NCBI RefSeq assembly: GCF_001194135.2
Contig: NC_068981.1
Span: forward strand, 37,460,125 to 37,524,124
DNA: 64,000 nt
Direction: 5' to 3'
Source: Octopus bimaculoides
Taxonomy: Eukaryota
Below the pieces are notes generated by a model, which saw only the letters and a program-made list of their open reading frames with translations, ran no database searches and was not told the DNA's origin. Shown piece by piece: positions 24,855-37,077 of this stretch. Position 1 is the stretch's first letter. Each line of letters opens with the position of its first letter. Both the position numbers and the translations under genes were made by a program.

Positions 24855-25534
24855 TAGAACTGGAACCTGGTCCTAGCTCCTGCCAAACCGGCCATCCCAT
24901 CCCAGCATGGAAAACAGACATTAAATGATGTTTTATATATATAGACAGCCCCTCCCCCCATACACACTCATACTCTGACTGAGAGTATACTCTCTCTCTC
25001 TCTCTCTAAGTTAACTGCAGCCTGGCTTTTCTCTCAAACATTTACAATCTCCCATATTATGTTATAGCAAAGCTAAAAATATATTGTGATATGGAACAAA
25101 CTTCTTGCTATCATACATACAATAGTTGTAGCATCTACTACTGCACACAAGTGATAGACAAGAGAAAAAATGATATGCTGCTATTTCAGAAGTATAATAC
25201 AATAACAGTAGCAGGTTTTGAACTTGTAATCTTATGCATCATTAGTTCAGTAACTTCACCATTCAGTGATCATCTTGCTTATATAAGTAGAGGTAGAACT
25301 CTCTTCTATTGCAAACAATATCAAGAATTACAAACATGCTGTAAAATACTAAATATATTCATATATTTCTAAACAAAATTGCCCATGTCTGTAAAACTAT
25401 TTGCAAGCTGCTTTACTTTCTTGGAAGTACCAATTGTATTCCTTACCAATTCCATTGATTATTTACTTTTCCAGCAGGGAAAACATACATTTCACATGAT
25501 GCAACAAAATTTTTCTTTTTTTTTTTGTTAGTTG

Positions 25535-25536
<2 letters not shown>

Positions 25537-25603
<67 letters not shown>
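25537..25603. repeat. (TTA)n microsatellite; another at about 26372-26445
   Basis: Direct reading. Confidence 0.95.
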
Positions 25604-26372
25604 TAATATGCTTTTTTTTATAAGATTTTTTTTTCCCTCTTGCACTTGGAAATCTTTAGTTTGCTGAGCCATGCAAAACAGCTTTTGCTTTTTTGATATT
25701 TCATTGTTTGTTAATATCTGGTGTTTACTTGAATGTAAATATGGCATCACGGTTCAACAGATCATTGATAAAAGTGTGTGAAAATCTGCAAGGAAGGCTT
25801 ATGGTTTATAGCATTTTTATTCTATTCTATTTTATATCATCTATTTGTTTTTTTTGTGATGAATTAAATCTCTGTGTGATTTCATGAAGAAAATAAGTTT
25901 TGAATTGATAATAAGACCAAAAACCTTGAGCAGAGACAGAAGAAAGAACAATTTGAAAATCAGTTTAACACATAAGTTGTTCAAAAAGCATGAAAGATAT
26001 TGCATTTAGCCATACTTCTTGATATATTATTTATTGTGTGTATGTTTTGTCTTTTATTTTTAAAATGGAGGTAAAATGCCTCAGAGAAAAGAGTATTCAA
26101 AGTACTGTTTGTGGGGTAGTAGTAATGGCAGTGTTATTAACAACACAAAAACAATAATACATAATAACAATAATATATAATAATATTGATATGATAATAG
26201 AATTTATGGTAAAGTAGTTTTTATCTTTATTCTTGTTATGCCATGAGAAGGTGAACAGCTTCTTATAATTCCTCTGATTAATATTTGGTGGGATGAATCT
26301 GCTATTCACATCATAAGCATCAAACAATTTCAAGAATTTTTTATCTATTTATTTATTCATTAATTCATACAA

Positions 26373-26436
<64 letters not shown>

Positions 26437-27491
26437 ATTATTACCTCATTAGTTTGCTTTTTATCAAGATGCTATCTGCAAGTAATTGTCATATATTCCT
26501 TCGTCAATAGATGCTCAACCTGTTTGGCCAAATGCAGAAATATGAGATGATTCTCATTAAATTTTCATGTATGAATTCCAAATAGATGCTTGAAAATTAT
26601 TTAGTTTAATTCTTGATAAACGGTAGGTGAAAGTTTAAAAAAAAAAAAAACTGAAATGCCAACATTTAACTAAGTATTTGTTTTCAATACAATATTTTGA
26701 ATTAAAGCATCAGAGTTAAATTCAATGATAATGCTTTCAAATTGTGCCTAAAGTTATTTCTTTTGACAAGGTATGAGGCCCTAGACTTATAGAGTAAATA
26801 AATGGGAGTATATAGCGTTAATGACTTTCAAAACAATTCTAGTAATGCAAACAATGGGAAATGATTTCAACCAAAATTTAAAAGCCTGTGTGAGGCAATT
26901 TCTGCTGTATGGCATTTACTGTATGTACTTAAATTACTATTTTCTTTTAATAAGCTCAAATAAATCAAAATGCATAAAGCATAGTATTTAAGAATAGAAA
27001 CGTCCAACAGTTTTTAAATATACAAATAAATTAAATGATCATGAAAAACATACTTTTAAATTATTCATCTTCACCAGTTTGAAGAAATGATATTTATTGT
27101 AAGATATGATAAGTTACCTTATTATTTTACAGGAATAATCTTACTCCCAAATTCATAATAGATCACATTCTGACTGTTGGTAATATATTGTGAAGATTAG
27201 ACAAAAGATTTGACTACTTACCTATATACTTATCTACTTAGCCTCTTCAATAATTAGAACTACTCCTCTGTCTTATATCACTGTCCCCTAAATGTTCCCA
27301 TTTGGAAACTCACTTTTTCTACTAGTGGTAATGGGATTCAAGTAAGGCCCTTAGTTTGAAGATAATATAGTCCCTTGATGTACATAACCTGAGTAGTCAA
27401 GGAAAAGTTTCCAGGTACATCATAGCAACAAGAACAAAGAGCAACATCTCAGACCATTTCCCTACTGGCTAGTACATATGCTGGTATTTAA

Positions 27492-27711
27492 CCCTTTTGT
27501 TACCAACCCAGCTGAAACCAGCTCTTGCTCTGAGTACAAATGTCTTGTTTTCATAAGTTTTGAATTAAAATCTTCCACCAAACCCTAGTCACAATTTATG
27601 TTCCTAACACTAGCTGAATGATGACTAAATTATTTTACTAAAATCTTTGTTATATTTAAAGTAATTGAAAGAAACACAGAGCATCTCAAAATAAATACAA
27701 TAATGAAAGGG
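27492..27711. mobile_element. Non-autonomous piggyBac-type MITE (220 bp)
   Basis: TTAA|CCCTTT...AAAGGG|TTAA: TTAA target duplication at 27488-91 and 27712-15, with CCC-starting TIRs diagnostic of piggyBac. Confidence 0.85.
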
Positions 27712-30700
27712 TTAATCCCATGCTCCTTTTTAGTGAGGACCATCAAAGTTCACTGATCTCCAGCTAGGCTACTCACAGGGGCAGAAGTAATGGTTTGTAA
27801 CAGTTTATAAAACTTCAGTTTCCATTTCTCTTCTACCAAACTATTTATTTTCAAAACCTGGAAAAAGTCCCATAAAAAACTGGACAATTATCCCACTGCT
27901 AAACCAATTTCAGTCCATGAGTTTCAGTCCAAATCTTATCTTAGCAATCTCTCCAACTATCATACACCTACTACGATGTAAAATATGAATTTTATTCCTG
28001 TTTGAAACATAACTCCATCAGGCACAATATCTAACCTATGTCTATAAAATCCCATCACCTAAACAATTACTTCAACACCCAAAGACTCCCATTTATTTAA
28101 GCTTAAATTCATTCTTCTGTATTCATCTAAGTTTAAAATCTTTATCATCCACTTACTTCTCTCATCTATAATACCATCTTTCATTTTCTGTTGAGGACAT
28201 TTATCACTACACAATGAAACTGCTCTGAAACTCTCCACCATTGTACCAATCTCACTGCTACAAGTACACAATTACCAAGTATAAGAACATATGCAATCAC
28301 TTCAACATAATAAGAAACTGGTAACTAAATTATATATCTGCCATTATCTTCAAACAGTTCACTTCTGAGCTTGCTATGATCATCCCTAAATTCATTACTT
28401 ATCTATAAGCATCTGTCCAAATCTACAGAAATGTACGACACTGTAACCTCTTTGACTCTAACAGGTAGTCATGAGGCATCACCAACTTGCAGTAATTGAA
28501 GCAGTGGATCAAAACAAGGTTATGTTTCCAAACATTTTTTTGACTATTGTTGACCTGATTACTTTTTAACTGCATTTTCTCCCATACTCAAATATGTAGA
28601 TGAGTGATTCCTCCATTTTTCTTAGCCTTGGACATATAGTTTTCATCACCTGTAATATAGACATCTCACAGAAAACATGCATTAATTCCATAGACAGAGA
28701 TTTCAAAAACATATTCTAACAAATGCATAACAATCTGCCTACATTCAACAACATATACAATTATTGCATATATGAAAGGAATGTTCATGCAATGTATCAT
28801 CACAATATGCAACAATATCTAAAGATCCCATCTTTCAGGGCAACCTCACATATACAATGCTACCAATCTGGAATCTCAAAGACTAGGCTTCATCTTTAGG
28901 AATAGAAAATAAATTTACAAAATCCAGTTGTGGCTTATTGCCAAGAGTTAAACATCAGCACAGTACAACCATTAATCCACAAATAATCTGTTACTTTCTA
29001 CTATTTCAATCTACTCTGCTCTTCTAAGCTAGCAAGCATCTGACCTGGTCAAAGTGATGTCCAACCTATCCATCTCTTGTTAACTCTCCATACCAACCAA
29101 TATGCTGAATCATTTGTACCCATCACTGAGGTCTAAAGGAATGTTTCTGCCTACAGTTATAGCCTTACAAAGTTCAAAGTGAACATCATGGGCATTGATC
29201 TAGTTGGTCTGGTTGAAAAAGGATGAACTTTCATCTCTGATGATCATGATTAAATTGTGGAGTTGACTTGGGTCAACTTTAGCTTTATATCTAATTGATA
29301 TTTACTGGTAAATTCTAAGGAGAAGTAAGCCCTAGATACTCAAAGCTTGCAAAACATATATGGTTTCTGATTGGAACCATCAGTAACAGGGAGAAACATG
29401 GATATTTCTATTCCCCACTTAAACATTGCTGATTTCTTCCCATGCATTTGATGTTGAGTGAAAGCTCAGAGTGGGATGGATAATTTCAAGTAATTTTTCC
29501 CTTGATACACACAAAAATGATACCTGCATTATTGACGCCTTAACAATTCACTGGTTTATGAAAGACTTGAACTTCCAAATACATCTTTCAAAGATGAATT
29601 CCTCCATATTTTCTAAACATTTATTTACTCATCCATATGTTCAATTTAGAAGTAAAGCAACTGAAAATTAACTGTGTAAACAACTATTGTTAGCTTCTCA
29701 AAATGATACATCATGTCATAGGAGAGGCAGTTTCAGGTGTGAGAAATGTAGTGCATAAAGATAAAAGTTGTTTCATTCAACTGCTAAGGCCTATGAGAAT
29801 AACAATATATCCTGCGGGTTGCAGGTTCATTAGTGGTATCCAAATTAGACATGTGTCTGTGTATTTCTCAAACAATCAGCTATAGAAAGAAAGAGCACAC
29901 CATTATGAAGGCTCTGAAAATTAAATAAAAAAAGCAAAATATGCTCATTAGATGTCCATTGATCAATAAATTAGAGGATGAATCAGCAGAAAAGAGGAGG
30001 GGTTGAGAAAGATGTGAACGACTAAATTCATTTTGCTTTTACTTGTGTACATAGGCTCTTCTTTGTCCATTAGTAACTAAGATTATTTAGTGTGTCTGCT
30101 GATAATTATATTCACACATTTTGAATAGGACTCAGAATATCATGCTACCACAAGTTTCTATTCCTAGCATTTTGATTCAGGGTTCTATTCAAATATTCAA
30201 TTGTTCTTATCATTTGACCACTTGCTTCTTAATGCATTACCTTTTTTTTTATTTATATTTTTTGACATTCACTTAGCTAAACTTACATAGGTAGAATTGG
30301 TTTATATCTGAATATTTGAATAAAGTTTTTTCATACTATGACAAAGATGTAAATGGCTGATGTACTTTTCCTAACAACAACCACTAAACTGTATAAAGAA
30401 CAATGATACCTAATTTACAGAGAGGTTCATAAGACAAAGCATTCCTTTAATTAAGCTGTATGTTACAATAAAAGAGCTGTAGAAATATTTCCCCCTATAA
30501 ATGAAGAACCCTTCTGTTCTTTCTTTACGTAGTCCTTGTTATAGATGACAATGATATACCATTACAATTATGTACGAAAATAAACTTTGTTGAGGTGGGG
30601 GTGTGGGCAAATTGAAACCATTATATCAGTGGTATTTATCTTAGCAACTCCTCAGTAGTTTTAATCAATAAAAGAATTATAATTGTTAATGCAACAGAAA

Positions 30701-30789
30701 ATAATGCAATTGTAGCAGTTATTGAGGTGACTGAGCTACCTGTTACATCAACGTACAGCAAAAGAAAGGACTGAATGATGAATAAAATG

Positions 30790-31070
30790 ACTGTTTCTGC
30801 AAGGCCCTCTTACATATATATTGTGGAAGAGAAATGACTGAACTGGAACAAAGATGTTATGCAAGTGGAGGAAGACAGACCAGCACAGAAGTACCAAGCA
30901 ATGCAAGTGGGAGGAACCTGCAGGTAAAATAAAAAGTAAAACATGGGAAGAAGCAGTTAAAGCTGATCTCAAATGACGAAACCTCAGGAAGATGACAAAG
31001 CACTGTAAAAAGTGATGAGGTACTCTACTAGAAAGACTCAATCTACTCCATTTCAGTATAGAACAATAAG
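30790..31070 (+). mobile_element. Highly decayed RTE-clade LINE 3' fragment
   Basis: VMQVEEDRPAQKYQAMQVGGTCR*..KTWEEAVKADLK is homologous to the fragments at 1258 and 18575. Confidence 0.65.
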
Positions 31071-31424
31071 TATGTGATGATGTAGGGATAACAAGCATAT
31101 AACAGTGCTGTTGCCAAGCTAAGATATAGTGTTCAAATCCTGAAGGTGATGTTACAACATTTTCCCATCTTATTCATTGATATCATTAAGTATATAATAC
31201 TATAACTTGAATACTATGTGGACTTAGATTGCAGTTGATAAATCACTATCATGTTATTGTAGCTATTTAATTTAAAGAGCTAATTTAGGTGCTAAAAGGT
31301 TGAGACATTGTTTTATTGTAGTGGTTAACACAACTGTATGGTTTAGAGTAGTCATGGTGTTTGAATTCCACAGGTGATGCTACAAAATGTTTCCAAGTTA
31401 CGTATGAGTGTATGTATGTATGTG

Positions 31425-32405
31425 ATTATTCAGTTTTATTTCAAGATTTCTTGCAAATAGAAAAAGAGTCTGTTTCAACATCAACAGTGTATTTTTGAAT
31501 GTATATATGCATATATGCAGATTTGTATGTCTTGTTTTATGTATGCATTCTCATACATATACTTGCATATCTAGACATGATCATATATACTTAAATGATA
31601 AACTTCTGGAAAATTTGACAAACTTTTACAGTTCCAGTGATGGATTGGATCTGTAGTCTTCAAATCAGCTTTCTCCTTTCTGGTTTTAAAAAGCTTAATT
31701 TCTCAAGATTGGTACTTAGGCAATGTGTTACATTTCTCAGTGCTGCAATGAGTACAGGTATAAACTTGAATTTGTAATCTGGATGGAGTAACTGCAAATT
31801 TCTCAACAGTTCAGCATAGGTATTTTCTTTACCATTGAACTTTAGCTTTATGTTAATGTACATGTTAACATATGCCAGTGGCATGTAAGAGCACCCATTA
31901 AACTCTCAGAGTGGCTGGCATTAGGAAGGGCATCCAGCTGCAGAAACCATGCCAAATCAAACTGGAGTCTGGTGCAGCCTTCCAGCTTGCCAGCCCTGGT
32001 CAAACCGTCCAGCCCATGCCAATGGATGTTAAATGATGATGATGATGACGATGCTGGACAGTTGATTTCCACAACTGTAGTTTCTGTTCTCTATCCCAAA
32101 TCATTATGTCAGGTCTATTGTGTTTTAAATTTTATTAAGGTTTTCACTGGGATATTCCACCAGTACTCCTCTTTAGTATGAGTGGCTATTGTTTCCACCA
32201 TATTGTGGGTTCTTATTTCTTTGTCCTTGGGGTTATCCTTCTGATGGATCTCGTTATATTGTGTCCTAGCTGCAACATCATGTCACATTGGTAGATAATA
32301 CCGTGATGACATTTTCGGACACCTCCTTATGATCTGGTTGATATCTTTGGTGTTAACACCACAAAGTCTACATTGGTTGGCATATTTTTCTGCTTTCCTG
32401 CATTT
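31425..32405 (-). mobile_element. 5'-truncated RLE (R4/Dong-like) LINE with complete 3' UTR, interrupted by an RTE-tail retroposon at about 31876-32050
   Basis: Minus strand gives QCRLCGVNTKDINQIIRRCPKMSSRYYLPM*HDVAA..EYWWNIPVKT..HNRPDIMIWDRE..VVEINCPA | ..NIKLKFNGKENTYAELLRNLQLLHPDYKFKFIPVLIAAL..LEKLSF.KPERRKLI*RLQIQSITGTVKVC. This contains a CCHC-type knuckle, an RHD-like motif and the PD..E REL catalytic motif. Confidence 0.9.
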
Positions 32406-32439
32406 GTATGCATGTATGTTCTTACTCACAAGACCAGGA

Positions 32440-32774
32440 GACCCAACTTCAGTCATGAATGACTATGGGATTGCACCTAGAAAATTACTCTCTGAGGCAC
32501 AAGTCTGGGCAAAGTTGTTTGTGGAAGGCCAGCAGTCACTCATGCATACCAGCCTCCCCTCTCCACACCACTGGTATTATCCAAGGGAAAGGCAAAGGCC
32601 AATACAGTTTGGCACCAGTGATGTTGCAACTCATTTTTACAGTTGAGTTAACTGAAGCAACGTGAAATAAAGTGTCTTGCTCAAGAACACAACATGCAGC
32701 CTGGTCTGGGAATCGAACTCACAACCTCACGATCGTAAGCTTGACGCTCTAACCACTGAGCCATGCACCTTCAC
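32440..32774 (-). mobile_element. Near full-length tRNA-derived SINE (head type 1 + core + tail type 2)
   Basis: Minus strand gtgaaggtgcatggctcagtggttagagcg...gagttcgattccc (A and B boxes), core gtgttcttgagcaagacactttatttcacgttgc, tail ggtgccaaactgtattggcctttgcctttcccttggata. Confidence 0.88.
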
Positions 32775-32821
32775 AAGATCAATAGCACCAATTATTATTG
32801 GTTAGGGTTAGGGTTAAGGTT

Positions 32822-33308
32822 ATAAATGTGAATTTATAATCTGGATATAGAAGCTGGAGTTTTCAAAGCAGTTGTTTTTAGTTACCCTCTTCCTCTTTGA
32901 TTTTCAAAGAGATATTCACATCAACAGGACAGCTGTCCTCTATGACAGTACATAATTTTTCTTGTCTGTCACAAATAACAATATCCGGACTGTTATGTTT
33001 ACAATTGACAGATGTCTTGATGGGAATGTTCCACCAGTATTACTTGTGTTGATGTTTGTGTATGTATTCAATAACAAGGGAAATATCTATATTTATTCCA
33101 GAATATCTATATTTATTATGAATGTCATTATATATTGTTTTTGCAATATCATCGGGTTGCATACTAAAGTAGAATCCTGATGACATTTTTGGGCAGCTGC
33201 TAATCACCCGTGTGTTGTATTCCACAGAAATATGTCATAATCTACATTTTCAGTTGCATCTTTGAGCTTCAAGGGCCTTACTATCTCCTTTGTTTAACAA
33301 GTATTTCA
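32822..33308 (-). mobile_element. RLE LINE fragment (knuckle + REL domain), related to 31425-32405
   Basis: KYLLNKGDSKALEAQRCN*KCRL*..VISSCPKMSSGFY..YWWNIPIKTSVNCKHNSPDIVICDRQ..VIEDSCPVDVNISLKIKE..LQLLYPDYKFTF. (CATA)n lies on its 5' side (33309-33400). Confidence 0.85.
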
Positions 33309-33877
33309 TATGTATGTATGAATGTATGTATTATGTACATATGTATGTGTGTATGTAAGTATGTATGTATGTATTATGTACATATGCATGCATACATGTA
33401 TGTAGGGATGTCTGTATATCTGCATATGCGTGTATATGTGTGTGTGTTCATAAAAGAATTTAGAAGATCTAAGTCTGCCAAGTCTATCTATGGAGGCTAC
33501 TAACTTCCTCTTTTTCTTTTAATATTCAGATTTGATATTCACAGTTTGAGCTGCTTCATTCTAGGTCAGCATTTTCTAATTCATCTTTATTTCTACTATT
33601 TCCATCTGATCATCACTCTTAATGCATGCATCATTGCAACCAGACTACCACACCAGGACACCGTATACTTTCATTGTCAAGAAACACATTTTCTGGATAA
33701 CTATATGTGCAGTTGCAGCAGTGTAGTATGAAGTCTCTCTCTTTCACTTTCTTTCTCTCCATTCTTTCTCTTTTCTCCTCTCTCTGTATTCCTCTTTCTT
33801 GTCAAGAATATATTCACACCAAGAAAGGTGAGTAATGCAAGAAACTTTTCCATATGAGTGTCAGTACTGCACATGAT

Positions 33878-33932
<55 letters not shown>

Positions 33933-34211
33933 ATGCATGCATGCATGTGCATGCCTGTCTGAGAATGCATATATCTGTGTGTGTATGTGTACGTGCATAT
34001 GTATACATATGCAACAGACCCCTACAAAGCTTCTGTCTACCAAATTCCATTCTAAAGCTATTGGTCAGCCTAAGGCTATTGTAGTAGACCAGGACCAAGT
34101 GTTGCACAGTGGGATCAAACTTAGAACCACTTACTTGTAGAGTGAAGATCTTGTGCAGCATACATACATACATACATACATACATACATACATACATACA
34201 TGCATGCATGC

Positions 34212-34255
<44 letters not shown>

Positions 34256-34356
34256 GAAATATCTNNNNNNNNNNNNNNNNNNNNNNNNNAAGATCTTGTG
34301 CAGCATACATACATACATACATACATACATACATACATACATACATGCATGCATGC

Positions 34357-34398
<42 letters not shown>

Positions 34399-34400
<2 letters not shown>

Positions 34401-34615
34401 GAAATATCTATTAAACAAAATAGACAGTCAAGCCCTTAGAGCTCAAAGATGCAACTGAAAATGTAGATTATGTCATATTTCTGTGGAATACTCATATAAC
34501 ATAACAGGCTGAGTATACTTGTTTGTGACAGATAAGATCAGAATGTACAATTACAGAGGTCAGCTGCCCTGATGATGTGAATATCTCTTCAAAAGATCAA
34601 AGAGAAGAGAATAAT
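34399..34615 (+). mobile_element. Internally deleted RLE LINE fragment, inverted relative to 32822-33308
   Basis: gcccttagagctcaaagatgcaactgaaaatgtagattatgtcatatttctgtggaatac and gatgtgaatatctctt align with the minus-strand copy. (CATA)n is on the 5' side with the same junction catacatATGAAATA. Confidence 0.85.
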
Positions 34616-35075
34616 TGCGGGCAATGACTTGAAACCATCAATTTTTATACTCAAATTTTAATTCACATTACTATAAGTAATTACTGGTGCGCTTGGTTTT
34701 GTTGGTAAATGACTAAGTAACAATCTCGAAAAGCTACGGTTTTTAGAAAAAGAAATCAACCAGTAAACATGCACATTGCAAATAGTTTCTGAAAGCAGAA
34801 TACTAAAATATGCAAGACTTTTCTGGAATTCAAAATGTAATATTGCTTTTTTCATCTACGTTCCAATGATAAAGCATTGTATCTTTGTTTGAAACTAGCT
34901 CCTTCCTTACATGGAATTTTAAACAGAAGAGAACATACATACATACATACAAACATACATGCATAAATATATACATATGTATACGCACACACACACATTC
35001 ATACAAGCAAAAATGTTTGTTCTAAAATTTTTCTAAGAGATCAACACAGTACATGTACTAACAAGTAATGTTCAT

Positions 35076-35279
35076 AGCCACTTCCACATAGCTGTCCATT
35101 CAAACAGACTTTACTGCGGTATTTTAACTCCAAGAGGAGACCTCCTCTAGCTGGCTAATGATGCACTGCAATATCTCAGATGCAGTTGTGCATCATTAAC
35201 CTACTAGAGGAGATGTCCTCTTGGGGGTTAAAAAATTGCAGTAAGGTCCATTCGAATGGACAGCCATATTGAAGTGGCT
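35076..35279. mobile_element. Palindromic MITE-like hairpin (about 95-bp arms, 10-nt loop)
   Basis: agccacttccacatagctgtccattcaaac...tgatgcactgca / atatctcaga / tgcagttgtgcatcatta...ttcgaatggacagccatattgaagtggct; the arms pair over almost the whole length. Confidence 0.8.
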
Positions 35280-35655
35280 GCAAACATTACTTTATATATT
35301 CATACACTTATACAAACATAATTGCATACCTTTCTTTTATACACATCTGTATATAAGTATGGTTAGGAAGTTAACTTTGCAAACATGAGTTCACAGTTTC
35401 TATTCTATTGCATCGTTTCTGAGGCAAGTGTTATTTTCTATAAACTCAAGTCAACTTATGTTTTGTGAACAAAATTGGATACATGTAAACTGTGTGGAAG
35501 TCTGTTGGTTGAATTGTCACATTGGTTCTATTACTGAAATACATTGGGAGCACATATGTCTGCACAATACTCAGCCATATACATGCTTCAGTTAATCAAA
35601 CAACTGAACATCCATAGTTAGAAATTCTGACTGAGACCCACCCTTATAACTCTCT

Positions 35656-35775
<120 letters not shown>

Positions 35776-35926
35776 ATTCTTTTTTTACTATAGTTTCAGC
35801 TGAGAGCTGCGGCCATGCTGATGCACCATATATATATATATATTATAATGTTAGGGAATTACAAAATCCGAACTTACAAGGAAATACAATTTGATAATAT
35901 CAAATTGAGTTGTATACTGAAAAATA

Positions 35927-36320
35927 TTTAAATAATTTAGAGAAGCACCACCATGGTGCAACTCGCACGAAGAAGATCAGACACCGTCAAGAAAAGTGTA
36001 CTATACAAAACTAGTCTGCAAATCTAAAAAAATCCAAGGGAGAATTTATAATACATAAAATCTATGAAATATTGGACTAAGATATTTCCGACTGTTATGT
36101 GGCCATGAAGCGCGCGTAATCTTTCTTCCACTTTCGTTTCTTAAACGCAACCGATTTTAATTCTTAATCCAATATTTCATAGATTTTTATGTATTATAAA
36201 ATCTCCCTTGGATTTTTTAGATTTTTAAATTAGTTTTGTATAGTACACTTTTCTTGATGGTGTCTGATCTCCTTCATCAGTCGAGTTGCACCATGGTGGT
36301 TCTTCTCTAAATTATTAAAA
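35927..36320. mobile_element. Foldback/MITE with about 157-bp terminal inverted repeats and a 79-bp CpG-rich spacer, flanked by TA
   Basis: Arms 35927-36082 and 36162-36320 are reverse complements at roughly 90% identity by eye (e.g. gagaag.accaccatggtgcaactcg..agatcagacacc.tcaagaaaagtgtactatacaaaacta). Confidence 0.85.
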
Positions 36321-36875
36321 TATATATAAATATATCATTGCTATTATGTAAAAGTGTTGTAAGTCCAAAACGTTGCTTTTTCAGAAAATGAGAAAATAGT
36401 TCTTCCATTCCATAGCAAAACCGTTGTACTACACCTTGACAATTTCTGATATCTTGGCATCTGAAGCAGCTGGAGATACGATAGTTTGAACCCAAAGAAC
36501 TGGCTATTGCAAGTTAAAATAAATATTGAAAAAACACATTTGGCCAAATTTGGACATATGACAGTTTAACATAATCCTTTGGGAGAGGGGTCCAGTCGAT
36601 TAGATCGACCCCAGTATGCAACTGGTACTTAATTTATCAACTCCAAAAGGATTAAAAGCAAAGTCAACTTTGGTGGAATTTGAACTCAGAATGTAGTAAC
36701 GGGTGAAATACCTGCTCGGATGGTGCTGTCAGCACTCCACTGACATGGGTGCCAGTCATAAAATTTGGTTCTGTTTCGATCTTACTTGCCCCAACAGGTC
36801 TCCGCAAGCTGAGTTTAGTGTCCAATGAAGGAAGGTTGGCATGGCTGCCGGTCAACGATATATATATATATATAT

Positions 36876-37077
36876 GGGAGAATATACAAATAATAACAAC
36901 AGACGAGGACAGGTGGTGTAAATAACAAAAGTATATATTAGTATGACGCTTGGGAATACGGAAAGTCTTTGACGTTTCGAGCTACGCTCTTCAACAGAAA
37001 GAATACGGAGACAAGGAGAAAAACACGGAGAAAAAAAAATTGAATAGTGTTCAGTCAACGGTCAATCATAATAATGT

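Noticed and set aside
27880-28620. Strand-biased region suggestive of a decayed LINE RT on the minus strand
   Set aside because: No diagnostic RT motif could be read with confidence.
34145-34409. Exact 120-bp direct duplication (34145-34264 and 34290-34409)
   Set aside because: Identical copies on either side of a 25-N gap; most likely an unmerged contig overlap in a (CATA)n tract.
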